Source: Polyangiales bacterium (GTDB lineage: Bacteria; Myxococcota_A; Polyangia; Polyangiales; Ga0077539). Taken from it: a stretch of 64,000 nt of DNA. The position numbers and the translations under genes are program-made. The notes beneath the pieces were generated by a model. The model did no database searches, was not told the origin of the DNA, and saw only the letters and a list, made by a program, of their open reading frames with translations. Positions within the stretch are counted from its first letter, which is position 1, and each line of letters opens with the position of its first letter. The stretch covers positions 347,947-411,946 of the forward strand of contig JBGARZ010000009.1 in NCBI GenBank assembly GCA_044229975.1. Reading direction: 5' to 3'. Positions 1 through 9,157 of the stretch are shown here, one piece after another.

Positions 1-210
1 GAGCGCTGCGATGAAGGTCTCCAGGTCGCGACGCACATCCGGCGAGGCGTGCTCGCACAGGATGAGCGACGCGCTCGTGTGGTGGACGAACACGTTGCAC
101 AGCCCCTCGCGCAGCCCCGATCTGGCCACGATCGACTGGACCCGGTCGGTGAGCACGTAGGTTCCGCGGCCCGTGGTGCGGAGCTCGATGGAGGCGCGAT
201 GGACGGTCAT
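1..210 (-). CDS. YjbQ/UPF0047 family protein, N-terminal 70 aa only (gene runs off the window start)
   Basis: Manual minus-strand translation from ATG (cat at 208-210): MTVHRASIELRTTGRGTYVLTDRVQSIVARSGLREGLCNVFVHHTSASLILCEHASPDVRRDLETFIAAL. The HHTSASL and DP.V..DLE motifs are typical of YjbQ. Not in the ORF track because no in-window stop. Confidence 0.55.
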   Translation of the reverse strand, partial: MTVHRASIELRTTGRGTYVLTDRVQSIVARSGLREGLCNVFVHHTSASLILCEHASPDVRRDLETFIAAL

Positions 211-252
211 GCCCACCAGCGTGGGAGCGACGCGCTCGTTGGGCCAGCGCCG

Positions 253-1044
253 TCAGCGCCCGACGAACACCGCCGCCCGCCGCTCGACCGCCGCCGCGAG
301 GCCTTCGCCCAGGTCGGCGCTCCCGTAGCTCTCGGCCTGGCGAAACGCCTCGTTCTCCAGCGCCGCCCGCAGCGCCGCCGCGTCCGGCGCCAGCGTCGCC
401 TTCAACGCGCGGACGGCCAGCGGGGCGTTGTTCGCCATCTGCGCGGCGAGCGCCTGCGCCCGCGGGAGCACCTCGCTGGCACCCACCGCTTCCAGTGCGA
501 CGCCGATGCGCGCGGCCTCGCGCCCGTCGAAGCGTCGACCCGTCAGCAGCAGCTCCGCGGCCCGCTGCGCGCCCACGCGGCGGGGCAAGAGGTACGTCGC
601 GCCCATGCCGGGGTGCAGTCCGAGTTGCGCGAAGTTGAGCGCCAGCTTTGCGTCGGCATCGACCACGCAGAGGTCGCACGCCAGCGCCACGCAGAGCCCC
701 GCCCCGATGGCCGCCCCGCGCACGGCCGCCACCGTCGGAACCGCCAGCGACGTCACCGACAGATACCGCGCATAGAAGTCGAGCATGAAGGCCCGCGCCT
801 CCATGAAGCGCTCGGCGCGCAGGCGTTCGAGCATCTTGAGGTCGCCGCCGCCGGAGAAGGCGTCGCCCGCCCCGGTGAGCACCACGGCGCGCACGGTGGC
901 GTCGTCGCGGAGCTTCGTGACGGCGGCCGCGAGCGCGTCGCCGAGCTCGGGGGTCATCGCGTTGCGGCGACGCGGATCATTGAGGGTGACGGTCGCGACC
1001 TGATCGACGACCTCGACGAGAACAGCAGGAGATGAAGCGTCCAT
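253..1044 (-). CDS. enoyl-CoA hydratase/isomerase (crotonase family)
   Basis: 263 aa; crotonase fold signature TGAGDAFSGGGDL and AAVRGAAIGAGLCVALACD; the + strand ORF 49-1035 is an antisense shadow. Confidence 0.85.
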   Translation of the reverse strand: MDASSPAVLVEVVDQVATVTLNDPRRRNAMTPELGDALAAAVTKLRDDATVRAVVLTGAGDAFSGGGDLKMLERLRAERFMEARAFMLDFYARYLSVTSLAVPTVAAVRGAAIGAGLCVALACDLCVVDADAKLALNFAQLGLHPGMGATYLLPRRVGAQRAAELLLTGRRFDGREAARIGVALEAVGASEVLPRAQALAAQMANNAPLAVRALKATLAPDAAALRAALENEAFRQAESYGSADLGEGLAAAVERRAAVFVGR

Positions 1045-1140
1045 GGAGGGCGCGGACTCTACCGCGGGTTACGGGCGGCTGACGGCCACGGAGAAGCTGC
1101 CCGTGGAGGTCGAGAATCCGTCGACCGTGAGGGTGTTGGT

Positions 1141-1449
1141 TCAGCGCGACGTCAGGGCGCGCCGCACGTGCCGCGGGGAGGGGCCGACGCTGCCACCGCC
1201 CACGGCGCCCGACGCGCAGGTGCCCATGTTCTGGTCGGGGTCGACGACGGAGAAGTAGTCGCCGTGGCTGCAGTCGTTGCGCTGCTGCGACGCGGTGGCG
1301 GCGGGCGAGTAGCGCTCGTCGAGGTTGAAGCCGTAGTACCCGCGGGTGCCCGGGGCTTCGGAGCCTTCGTCGAGGGAGAAGCGGTTGATGACGTAGTCGT
1401 AGCTGCTGCTACCCCCATCGGGTTCGGTCGGGATGACGACGCGGTCCAC
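1141..1449 (-). CDS. hypothetical small protein, possible remnant of a larger Cys-rich secreted protein
   Basis: Strong GC3 codon bias throughout. GTG start at 1449; the same frame upstream (1450-1638) reads as coding (Cys-rich CTPGAQLACACVGV...) but has no ATG/GTG/TTG before an in-frame stop at 1639-1641. Confidence 0.25.
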   Translation of the reverse strand: MDRVVIPTEPDGGSSSYDYVINRFSLDEGSEAPGTRGYYGFNLDERYSPAATASQQRNDCSHGDYFSVVDPDQNMGTCASGAVGGGSVGPSPRHVRRALTSR

Positions 1450-1762
1450 GGGAAAGCCCGCGTCGGGGCAGGTGCAGGAGCCCAGCGATCGTCCGTCCGC
1501 GGAGCAGACCTGCGCGCCCGACGCGACGCCGACGCAGGCGCACGCGAGCTGCGCGCCCGGGGTGCAGAGCTGCGGGCTGGTGACGTCGCCGACGGTGGCG
1601 ACGTCGGGCGTCGGCCCTGCATCGGAAGGAGTACGAGATCACCCGTGCGGAGCAGGCGGCGAGGAGGAGCGGCAGGACGAGGTGGGGCGCGTCAAGGGCG
1701 CATCGTAGGCACAGCGATGGACGGCCGTCACTGCGCGCGGGCGCCGCGGGTGATTGGCGACG

Positions 1763-2275
1763 TCAGGGTGAGCCGGCGTCGGGCACGCAGAGCGCTTCGC
1801 TGGCGACGCACACGCCGAGGAGGTCGCTCGGCTGACGGCAGCAGAACGCACCACTGGCGCAGCGCCCGGCGCCGCGGCGGTCGCAGATCTCGCGCTCGGC
1901 GGTGAGGCCGCCGCAAGCGGGCTTGCAGGTCGAGAAGGTGCGCTGCATGCCGTTGATGCCGAGCTGATACGCGCAGCAGCGCTGGGCTGATGGGCAGTCG
2001 GTGACGTCGTCGCACGCGAGGGCGACCTGGGTGCAGGTGGCGACATCGCCGGTGCAGGTTCCGCTGAGGAAGGGCGGCGTGAAGGCGAGGTCGACGCAGC
2101 AGATGTTGCGGCCCGCGCCCGAGCAGGTGGTGCTCACACACGCGACAGAGCCGGGTGAGCCGGTGGCCTCGGCGCGGTCGCCGGTCGGGCCGCCGTCGGA
2201 GCCGCCGCCGGTGTTGTTGGTCGCGGTGCCGCAGCCGAGCGCCGCGAGGACGACGAGCATCGCCGTCGTCTTCAT
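1763..2275 (-). CDS. Cys-rich secreted lipoprotein
   Basis: Start MKTTAMLVVLAALGCGT (lipobox) with GGAGG RBS upstream (revcomp of 2279-2284); 18 Cys in 170 aa; the long ORF upstream of this Met is an Arg-rich extension. Confidence 0.6.
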   Translation of the reverse strand: MKTTAMLVVLAALGCGTATNNTGGGSDGGPTGDRAEATGSPGSVACVSTTCSGAGRNICCVDLAFTPPFLSGTCTGDVATCTQVALACDDVTDCPSAQRCCAYQLGINGMQRTFSTCKPACGGLTAEREICDRRGAGRCASGAFCCRQPSDLLGVCVASEALCVPDAGSP

Positions 2276-2411
2276 GCGACCTCCTGCGGCGCGCAGCCGA
2301 AGCGCAGCAGGTTGCCGGACTCGTCGATGCTGAGCGAGGCGAGGACCGGGGTCGTGCGCGCGTGGTCGACGTCGGACATGGGCTGCTCTCTCGCGATGGG
2401 TTGAGGCGGCG

Positions 2412-2975
2412 TCACGAGGCCCTCCACGTGTCGGGAACCCAATCGGGAATCGGGGAGAGTTCGCTCGTCCGCCCCGCGCGAAGTTGGACGACGCACCGAG
2501 GAGCCTCCCACCGCACGGAGGAGTCGTAGAGGTTCGCCTCGTCAAACAACCCGCGCGCTCTGGCGAGGTGACCCAGGCTCTTCGCGTAGATGTCCCTGAG
2601 CTCCGCCTCGGGAGCCGAGTGCCCTCCGAGGCGCCCACGCAGCGCGACCCGGCGGAGGTGCTCGTCCACCGATCCCGCACAGACGAAGATCAGAAACGTC
2701 GTGAACCCCACCGCTCGCGCCGAGACCGCCTGACGGAGCGCGGCGTCCGAGCGCAGGGTCGACTCGACCGCGAAGGATCGCCGACGCTCGATGTGGGTCG
2801 CGACGAAGTCCTCGCAGTCGCGCTGCGCTTGCGCACGGACGTCCCGGGGAATCCCAATGTATGAACCGTGGGCTCGCGCAGCACGGTCGTCTACGTTGAA
2901 CGCGTCCGGTGCGAGGGCGGTCACGGCGAAGAGCGTGCTCTTGCCGCCGCCCGATGGCCCCGCGACCACGGTCAT
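2412..2975 (-). CDS. zeta-toxin-like P-loop kinase/ATPase (putative toxin)
   Basis: Start MTVVAGPSGGGKST (Walker A at the N-terminus), then ESTLRS..., GFTTFLIFVCAGSVDEHLRRVALR..GGHSAPEAELRDIY matching the Zeta_toxin/AAA small-ATPase family layout; 187 aa. Confidence 0.55.
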   Translation of the reverse strand: MTVVAGPSGGGKSTLFAVTALAPDAFNVDDRAARAHGSYIGIPRDVRAQAQRDCEDFVATHIERRRSFAVESTLRSDAALRQAVSARAVGFTTFLIFVCAGSVDEHLRRVALRGRLGGHSAPEAELRDIYAKSLGHLARARGLFDEANLYDSSVRWEAPRCVVQLRAGRTSELSPIPDWVPDTWRAS

Positions 2976-2983
2976 GCGCGGTG

Positions 2984-3301
2984 TCACGTCTCGACGCTCG
3001 ACTTCGACCCCGGAGCCATGTCCTCTGGCCAATCCGCGCGCGCAAGCTCACCGTCGGGCGACAGCCCCGCGGCCTCCACCCGCCGCCGAAAGTCGCCGAG
3101 CGCCCGCGACGCACGAGCGTCGATCGCGGCCTGCCAGGCCAGGTACTCCTCTCCAGTCGGCGAGAGGTCATCCGGCACCATGGTCTCAGCCCGCGCGCGG
3201 AGCATCCGCGCAAAGTCCAGCACCAGCGAGCGCTGCTCGTCGTTGAGCGTCGCAAGGGTGTCGAGCACATCGTCGACCTGCGTCATGGCGTCGGGCCTCA
3301 T
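2984..3301 (-). CDS. putative antitoxin partner of the zeta-like toxin
   Basis: 105-aa acidic protein (MRPDAMTQVDDVLDTLATLNDEQRSLVLDFARMLRARAE...). Its stop is 8 nt upstream of the toxin start; GGAGA RBS 4 nt before the ATG at 3301. Confidence 0.4.
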   Translation of the reverse strand: MRPDAMTQVDDVLDTLATLNDEQRSLVLDFARMLRARAETMVPDDLSPTGEEYLAWQAAIDARASRALGDFRRRVEAAGLSPDGELARADWPEDMAPGSKSSVET

Positions 3302-3410
3302 GGGGTCTCCTGTCGTCGAAGCCAAAGCTCGTCTGCACGGATCGAGCATCGTCGAGCTGTCCGATCAGAGGAGTCGATGATGCGGGCCGGAGGGACCGAC
3401 TGTCGACCCC

Positions 3411-5495
3411 TCACTCCAGCCCCACCACCACACCCGCCTCGTCGCCCGCCACCGTCAGCCGCACCCGCGCCGACGGCAGCGCCCACTGCCTCTGCCCCGG
3501 CACCCACCGCGCGAAGCGCGCCACCGGCACCGTCAGCCGCGCCACCGCCTCCCCGCCCGCCGCCACGTCCACTCGCGCGAAGCCCACCAGCCGCGACGGC
3601 TCGCTGTCCCCCTCGACCGTCGCGCGCACCATCACCAGCTCGTTGCCCACCCGCGCACCCTCGTTGCGCACGTCGACCTCGACCTCCACCACGTCGCCCC
3701 GTCGCTCCGCCCGCAGCGCTCCCCGCACCAGCCGCGTGTACGTCAGCCCGAAGCCCAGCGGCATGCTCGCTCGCTTCCCTTGCGCCTCCAGCCACCGCTG
3801 CCCGTGCAGCGCGCCGTAGGTCACCCGCTCGGCCTTCGCGTCGAAGGGCGGCAGCCACGACGGATCATCCACCCACACGCTCGGCAACCGACCCCGCGGC
3901 TCCACCCGACCCAGCAGCAGGTCGGCCAGCGCGCGCCCCCCCTCCATCCCCGGGTACCACGCCATCACTACCGCCCCGACCTTCGATCGCCACGCCGCGA
4001 TGTCCAGCGCGCTCCCGCCGATGAGCACCACCACCGTCGCCGGGTTGCCCGCCGCCGTCGCGCGAATCAACGCCTCGTCTTCGGGTCGCAACCCGAGGCC
4101 CGCGCGATCACCCGCCGTGTGCAACCCCGACGCCCGCCGCAGCGCCCGCGCAAACGGCAGCACCTCCCGCCACGGCGGCGGTCGCAGCACCCGCAGCACG
4201 TCGGCCCGCGGCGGCGGCGCGACGTGCTCGCCCTCCTCGCGCCAGGTGAGGCCCACCACCACCACGGCCACGTCGGCGTCGCGCGCGAGGTCCGATGCGC
4301 GCGTGAGGTCGGCGCCGTCGTCGTGGGTGACCTTCGCATTTGGGAGCGCCTCGCGCAGACCATCGAGCGCCGTCACCACCGACGGCGGACGCACCGCGCT
4401 GCTGCCGCGATCACCAAGATTGGACGCCACCGCGAGCTTGCCCAGCACCGCCACGCGACGCAGCGCACTGGCATCGAGCGGCAGCAGTGGTGCACCGCGG
4501 ACGGGATCGTTCTGGAGCAGAACCATCGAGCGCGCGGCGACATCGCGGGCGAGCTCACGGTGCTCGGCGCACGCGACGACGGAGCGATCGTAGCGGCCGG
4601 GCTCACCCACCTCGGCGAAGCGAAACTGCTGGCGGAGCAGTCGCAGCACGGCGTCGTCGAGGCGCGCGGGGTCGAGACGCCCTGAGGCGAGGGCGCGCGG
4701 CAGGTCGCGCTCGAAGCGGTTGGGGAAGGGCATCTCCAGGTCCATCCCGGCGCGGAGGGCGCGCTCGCCGTCGCGCAGCCCGAAGAGGAAGTCCGACACC
4801 ACGAAGCCCTCGAAGCCCCACTGCTTTCGCAACACACCCGTGAGGAGTGTTTCGCTCTCGCCGCAGTGCTCGCCGTTGACGCGGTTGTACGCGCTCATCA
4901 CGGAGGCAGCGCCTGCGTCGACGCAGTCCTTGAAGTGGGGGAGGTAGGTCTCGTGGAGCGTTCGGTCGTCGACCTCGACGTCGACGTAGTAGCGGGAGTC
5001 CTCGATGCTGTTGCAGGCGAAGTGCTTCACGCACGCCATGACGTGGCGCTGGATGCCGCGGGTGAGCGACGCGCCCATCGCGCCGAGGTGCAGCGGGTCT
5101 TCGCCGAAGGTCTCCTGCGCGCGTCCCCAGGCGGGGTGCCGCAGCACGTTGATGCACACGCTGCCGATGAGGTTGGCACCACCGGCGCGGGCCTCGACGC
5201 CGATGACGTCGCCGACACGCGCTTCGAGCGACGGGTCCCACGTCGCGCCGCGCGCCATGGACACCGGGAAGCAGGTCGACGCGCCCAGCGCCACCCCGCG
5301 CGGACCGTCGGTGAACTGGATGCCCGCGACCCCGAGCGCAGGCATCGCCCCGGCGGGCCACGGCCTGACGTTGTACTCGCCGAGCATCTCCGTCATGCCC
5401 GGCCAGAAGGGCGTGTCGCCGGTCACCGCGGCGAGCTTCTGCGCGGGGTTGAGGCGGGAGAGCAGCGCGCGGGCGCGGTCGTCATCGGGTGGCAT
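3411..5495 (-). CDS. glycoside hydrolase family 3 beta-glucosidase (BglX-like)
   Basis: GH3 motifs KHFACNSIEDSRYYVDVEVDDRTLHETYLPHF and FEGFVVSDF; start taken at MPPDDDRARALLSRLNPAQKLAAV (5495). Alternative start MARTNDRR at 5606 would overlap the divergent gene. Confidence 0.8.
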   Translation of the reverse strand: MPPDDDRARALLSRLNPAQKLAAVTGDTPFWPGMTEMLGEYNVRPWPAGAMPALGVAGIQFTDGPRGVALGASTCFPVSMARGATWDPSLEARVGDVIGVEARAGGANLIGSVCINVLRHPAWGRAQETFGEDPLHLGAMGASLTRGIQRHVMACVKHFACNSIEDSRYYVDVEVDDRTLHETYLPHFKDCVDAGAASVMSAYNRVNGEHCGESETLLTGVLRKQWGFEGFVVSDFLFGLRDGERALRAGMDLEMPFPNRFERDLPRALASGRLDPARLDDAVLRLLRQQFRFAEVGEPGRYDRSVVACAEHRELARDVAARSMVLLQNDPVRGAPLLPLDASALRRVAVLGKLAVASNLGDRGSSAVRPPSVVTALDGLREALPNAKVTHDDGADLTRASDLARDADVAVVVVGLTWREEGEHVAPPPRADVLRVLRPPPWREVLPFARALRRASGLHTAGDRAGLGLRPEDEALIRATAAGNPATVVVLIGGSALDIAAWRSKVGAVVMAWYPGMEGGRALADLLLGRVEPRGRLPSVWVDDPSWLPPFDAKAERVTYGALHGQRWLEAQGKRASMPLGFGLTYTRLVRGALRAERRGDVVEVEVDVRNEGARVGNELVMVRATVEGDSEPSRLVGFARVDVAAGGEAVARLTVPVARFARWVPGQRQWALPSARVRLTVAGDEAGVVVGLE

Positions 5496-5580
5496 CGCGG
5501 TCGAGTGTGGCGCACGCGAGAGGGAGACGGCTACGAGTGTCTGGTTGTGTCGTTGTGCGCGACGAGCCGATGCTCCCACG

Positions 5581-6651
5581 ATGCGACGATCGTTCGTCCT
5601 CGCCATGGTCCTCGCCGCGTGCAGCGGTCCCCAGAACACCGCCACCACACCGCCCCTCGACGCCTCCGTCGCGGACGTTCCACCGTCACCGCGCGACGTC
5701 ATCGCGAGCGACCGCGCCGCGCCCTCACCCGACACCGGAGTTGCCCCGACGACGCGCTACTTCCCCGCGGACTCTCCCTGGTACCGGGACGTCACGGGCG
5801 CTGCGGTGGACGGTGAGTCGGCGACGGTGATCCCGTGGCTCGACGCGCAGGGCTTCGGCCTCGGCCGGCTCCAGATCGACTTCTCCATCGAGGTGCTCGA
5901 CGCCGACGCGAGCGCCCCGCTCCGCACCTTTACGCCGACGGATGACTTCTACGCGCCCGACTGCGACGCGGTTCCCATGCCCGTCCCGGTGGGCGGTGTA
6001 CTGGAGGGCGAGACGGGGTACGCGTGCGCGGGCGACGGCGACTGTCACCTCATCGTGGTGCACCGACCCACGCGACAGCTCTTCGAGATGTGGCGCGCCG
6101 ACATCACGGGCGCGACCTTCCGCGGCGGCTGCCTCGCGGTGTGGGACATGACCCGGACGTACCCGCCCAACGGCCGCGGCGAGCAATGCACCAGCGCCGA
6201 CGCGAGCGGCTTCCCCATCGCGCCGCTGCTCTTCACCGCCGACGAGGTCGCCGCGGGGAGCATCGACCACGCGATCCGCTTCATCCTGCCCAACGCGCGC
6301 ATCCGGTCGCGGAGCTACGTCTACCCCGCGTCGCACGCCACCGGCGCGGCCTCGGGCCCGGCCTCCGCTCCGCCCTATGGTGCGCGCTTGCGACTGCGCG
6401 CGGACTATCCGCTGGAGACGCTCCCCAACGAGGGAGCGCGCGTGGTCGCCCGCGCCCTGCAACGCTACGGGATGCTGCTCGCCGACGGTGGCAACGTGGC
6501 GCTCACCGCGCAGAGCGACCGCTCCACCCGCGCACACTGGGAGGGCCTGCTGGGCCCGCGCGACCTCGCTGCCATCCGCCCGCGCGACTTCGCGATGGTC
6601 GAAGGCGGCGCGCGCCAGCGCTTCACCGGCGACTGCGTTCGCAACCGCTAA
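5581..6651 (+). CDS. lipoprotein of unknown function
   Basis: Real start MRRSFVLAMVLAACSGPQN (signal peptide plus lipobox LAAC); the upstream part of ORF 5005-6651 is antisense to GH3. Confidence 0.6.
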   Translation: MRRSFVLAMVLAACSGPQNTATTPPLDASVADVPPSPRDVIASDRAAPSPDTGVAPTTRYFPADSPWYRDVTGAAVDGESATVIPWLDAQGFGLGRLQIDFSIEVLDADASAPLRTFTPTDDFYAPDCDAVPMPVPVGGVLEGETGYACAGDGDCHLIVVHRPTRQLFEMWRADITGATFRGGCLAVWDMTRTYPPNGRGEQCTSADASGFPIAPLLFTADEVAAGSIDHAIRFILPNARIRSRSYVYPASHATGAASGPASAPPYGARLRLRADYPLETLPNEGARVVARALQRYGMLLADGGNVALTAQSDRSTRAHWEGLLGPRDLAAIRPRDFAMVEGGARQRFTGDCVRNR

Positions 6652-6712
6652 GGCCCGCAGTCCCCGACCTTACCCGGAGGGACGCGCCTCTCGCGTCGTC
6701 GGCGTCGTCCGA

Positions 6713-7588
6713 CTACGCCGCGAGCGGTCGGGCCGCCACGAGCGGCAGGCGGGCGGAGAGCCCGATGAGCGTGTCGATGATCCACCGGGCGCCCTCGACG
6801 GCGCGGGGCGCAGCGAGCCAGCACGCGGTGCGGGTGGCGGCCCGATCGAGGGAGGCCGCGAAGACCCCGCGACGGCCTTCGCCGGGCAGCGAACGGAGGG
6901 CGAGCGCATCGTCCCAGATCTGCGTGCGCCACAGGTGCAGCAGCCGAACGGCCGCGTCGGAGGCCATCCGCCGCATCAGGAGGTCGGCGGCGAGCGAGCG
7001 CGTGGCGCCACAGTCGTAGCGCGCCGTGAGGTGGACGATCACGTCGGAGAGCGCCTCGTGCAGCAGCGAGCTGATGGCGAAGAAGTCGTGGCGGCGCATC
7101 TCGACGGTCTCGACGTCGGCGCCCGCGAGGTCTTCGGCGAGGCACTGCGCGAGGTCGATGGCGAGGTGCGCGTGGACGCCGAGCAGCGCGTCCTGCGCGG
7201 GGATGGTCGCGCGGGCGCGGGAGCGCGAGGCGTCGAAGGCGACGGCCCACACGCCGGGGAGGTCGTCGCGCCCGCCGAGGGAGGTCGAGAGCGCGGTGAG
7301 GTAGCGCTCGCAGAGGCGACCCGCGAGGCGCGAGGTGCGCTGCGGGTCGAGCAGCTCGGGGCCGCGCCGCCCTTCGACCGCGTCGATGACGTCACGAATG
7401 ACCACCGCGTAGACATCCGGAAACACCGCTCGCGCGTCGTTGAGCGCGCGAAACCGCGCCGAGACGGTCTCCAGCACACGCAGCGCGTCGCGCGCCGTCG
7501 CGGGGTGGAGGTCGACGCCGATGAGGACGTACGCGACCGCGTCGTGGGGCTCCAGGGAGACGCGAGAGGTGGTGGCGAGGGTGGTCAT
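6713..7588 (-). CDS. hypothetical protein
   Basis: Start MTTLATTSRVSLEPH with GGAGG RBS (revcomp of 7593-7598); 291 aa; no motif recognised. Confidence 0.5.
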   Translation of the reverse strand: MTTLATTSRVSLEPHDAVAYVLIGVDLHPATARDALRVLETVSARFRALNDARAVFPDVYAVVIRDVIDAVEGRRGPELLDPQRTSRLAGRLCERYLTALSTSLGGRDDLPGVWAVAFDASRSRARATIPAQDALLGVHAHLAIDLAQCLAEDLAGADVETVEMRRHDFFAISSLLHEALSDVIVHLTARYDCGATRSLAADLLMRRMASDAAVRLLHLWRTQIWDDALALRSLPGEGRRGVFAASLDRAATRTACWLAAPRAVEGARWIIDTLIGLSARLPLVAARPLAA

Positions 7589-7931
7589 GCGGGGCCTCCG
7601 TAACGATCGCGTCGCGGCTTGCGACGACGGCGACGAAGCACTCAGCACAAGGGGTGCCAGCGTCTCTCCACGCATGCAGTCGCCTCCGCGCATGCAGTCG
7701 TTTCCCACGCTCGCGGTCAGCAACACCACCGCGACCGCCGACACGACCACCCTCGTGTCAGTGACACAGCCGCTCGTGTCATTCGCGATCGCCGTGTCAC
7801 ACGGCGTTTTCAGCGGTTCTGGCGTCTGGCATGTCGATTGAAAAGAGGTTGTTCATCCCAACAAGGGGCCGACGATCAGCGCTGAGAGACAGCGGTGTTC
7901 GCAGGGCCCACTCGCAACAGAGGCCACCACC

Positions 7932-8315
7932 ATGATCATTACCCTCGTCGTCACGCTCGTCTCCCTCGCGTTCACCGGCTTCATCTTCTGGAAGACCTTC
8001 CTGCCGATGATCAACAGCGCCAACAAGCTCATGGGTGACCTCAGCCAGCAGAGCGCCCAGCACAACCAGCTCATGGCGACGGGCGTCCCGGCCAGCGCCC
8101 GTGTGCTCTCCCTCGAAGGCACCGGAACCCTCATCAACCACTCGCCGCAGGTGGTGCTCGGCCTCGAAGTGCACCCCTCCACGGGGGCCGCTCCCTTCAT
8201 GGTCCGCTGCACGTCGATCGTGTCGCAGCTCAAGATCCCGCAGGTCCAGCCGGGCTGCATGGTCCCGGTGCGCTTCGACCCGATGAACCCGCAGCGCGTC
8301 GCCCTCGCGATGTAG
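7932..8315 (+). CDS. small membrane protein
   Basis: 127 aa; N-terminal TM helix MIITLVVTLVSLAFTGFIFW; lies in a lower-GC patch downstream of a palindrome-rich promoter region. Confidence 0.5.
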   Translation: MIITLVVTLVSLAFTGFIFWKTFLPMINSANKLMGDLSQQSAQHNQLMATGVPASARVLSLEGTGTLINHSPQVVLGLEVHPSTGAAPFMVRCTSIVSQLKIPQVQPGCMVPVRFDPMNPQRVALAM

Positions 8316-8403
8316 TCGCCCCCCCCGGCTCCCTCTCTCCCAACGCCACCACGCGACCGCGCCCCGGAACCCTTCAGTGTGGTTCGCGGGGCGCTCGGCG
8401 TTT

Positions 8404-9102
8404 CTATCGATACGACACCCCGGTGCCCGCGTGTCCGCAGTACCCGGTGGGGTTCAGCTCGCAGTACTGCTGGTGATACGCCTCTGCGTAATAGAACGGC
8501 GGCGCCTCGCGGATCTCCGTCGTGATGGCCGCCGACCGACCCGCGGCCCGCAGCGCCGCCGCATACCGATCGCGCGAGGCGAGCACCGCGGTTCGCTGAG
8601 CGGGTGTCGTGGTGTAGATCGCCGAGCGGTACTGCGTTCCCACGTCGTTGCCCTGCCGCATGCCCTGCGTCGGGTCGTGCCCCTCCCAGAACACCCTCAA
8701 CAACTGCTCAAGCGTCGTCTGCCTCGGATTGAACACCACGCGCACCATCTCGGCGTGCCCCGTCCGGCCGGTGCAGACCTCGTGGTAGTCGGCGTTGGGC
8801 GTCGCGCCGCCCGCGTACCCGACGGCCGTCGAGACCACGCCGGGGAGGTGGAAGAAGTGCTCCTCGGCACCCCAGAAGCACCCCATGCCGAAGTACACGA
8901 CCTCGGTGTTGGCGGGCGTCACGTTGAGGGGCGTTCCGAAGATGTGGTGAGGCGCCGTGAGGGGCATCGGTGTCGACCGACCCGGCAGCGCCTGACCAGG
9001 CCCGGGGAGCTGCGCCATCTGCGCGCCGACGTACGGCCGCGCCACGAGAAACACCCCCGCCAGCGCGACCACGACCACGGATGAGCGGATGAGATTGTTC
9101 AT
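8404..9102 (-). CDS. msrA: peptide methionine sulfoxide reductase MsrA (membrane-anchored or secreted)
   Basis: GCFWG active-site motif ([14 protein letters not shown]); N-terminal hydrophobic segment [20 protein letters not shown]. Confidence 0.85.
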   Translation of the reverse strand: MNNLIRSSVVVVALAGVFLVARPYVGAQMAQLPGPGQALPGRSTPMPLTAPHHIFGTPLNVTPANTEVVYFGMGCFWGAEEHFFHLPGVVSTAVGYAGGATPNADYHEVCTGRTGHAEMVRVVFNPRQTTLEQLLRVFWEGHDPTQGMRQGNDVGTQYRSAIYTTTPAQRTAVLASRDRYAAALRAAGRSAAITTEIREAPPFYYAEAYHQQYCELNPTGYCGHAGTGVSYR

Positions 9103-9157
9103 GGGTGACGCAGCGTACGTCACCGATGGGGTTGTGGTTACGAGCGGGTGTGGGGCG

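Noticed and set aside
49-1035. 328-aa + strand ORF
   Set aside because: Arg/His/Gly-rich low-complexity translation lying antisense to a well-supported crotonase gene; high-GC shadow ORF.
5496-5606. Longer N-terminal extensions of the GH3 gene (starts at 5606 or 5735)
   Set aside because: Would overlap the divergent lipoprotein gene start (5581); the GH3-like sequence begins at MPPDDD (5495). Kept as an alternative in the evidence.
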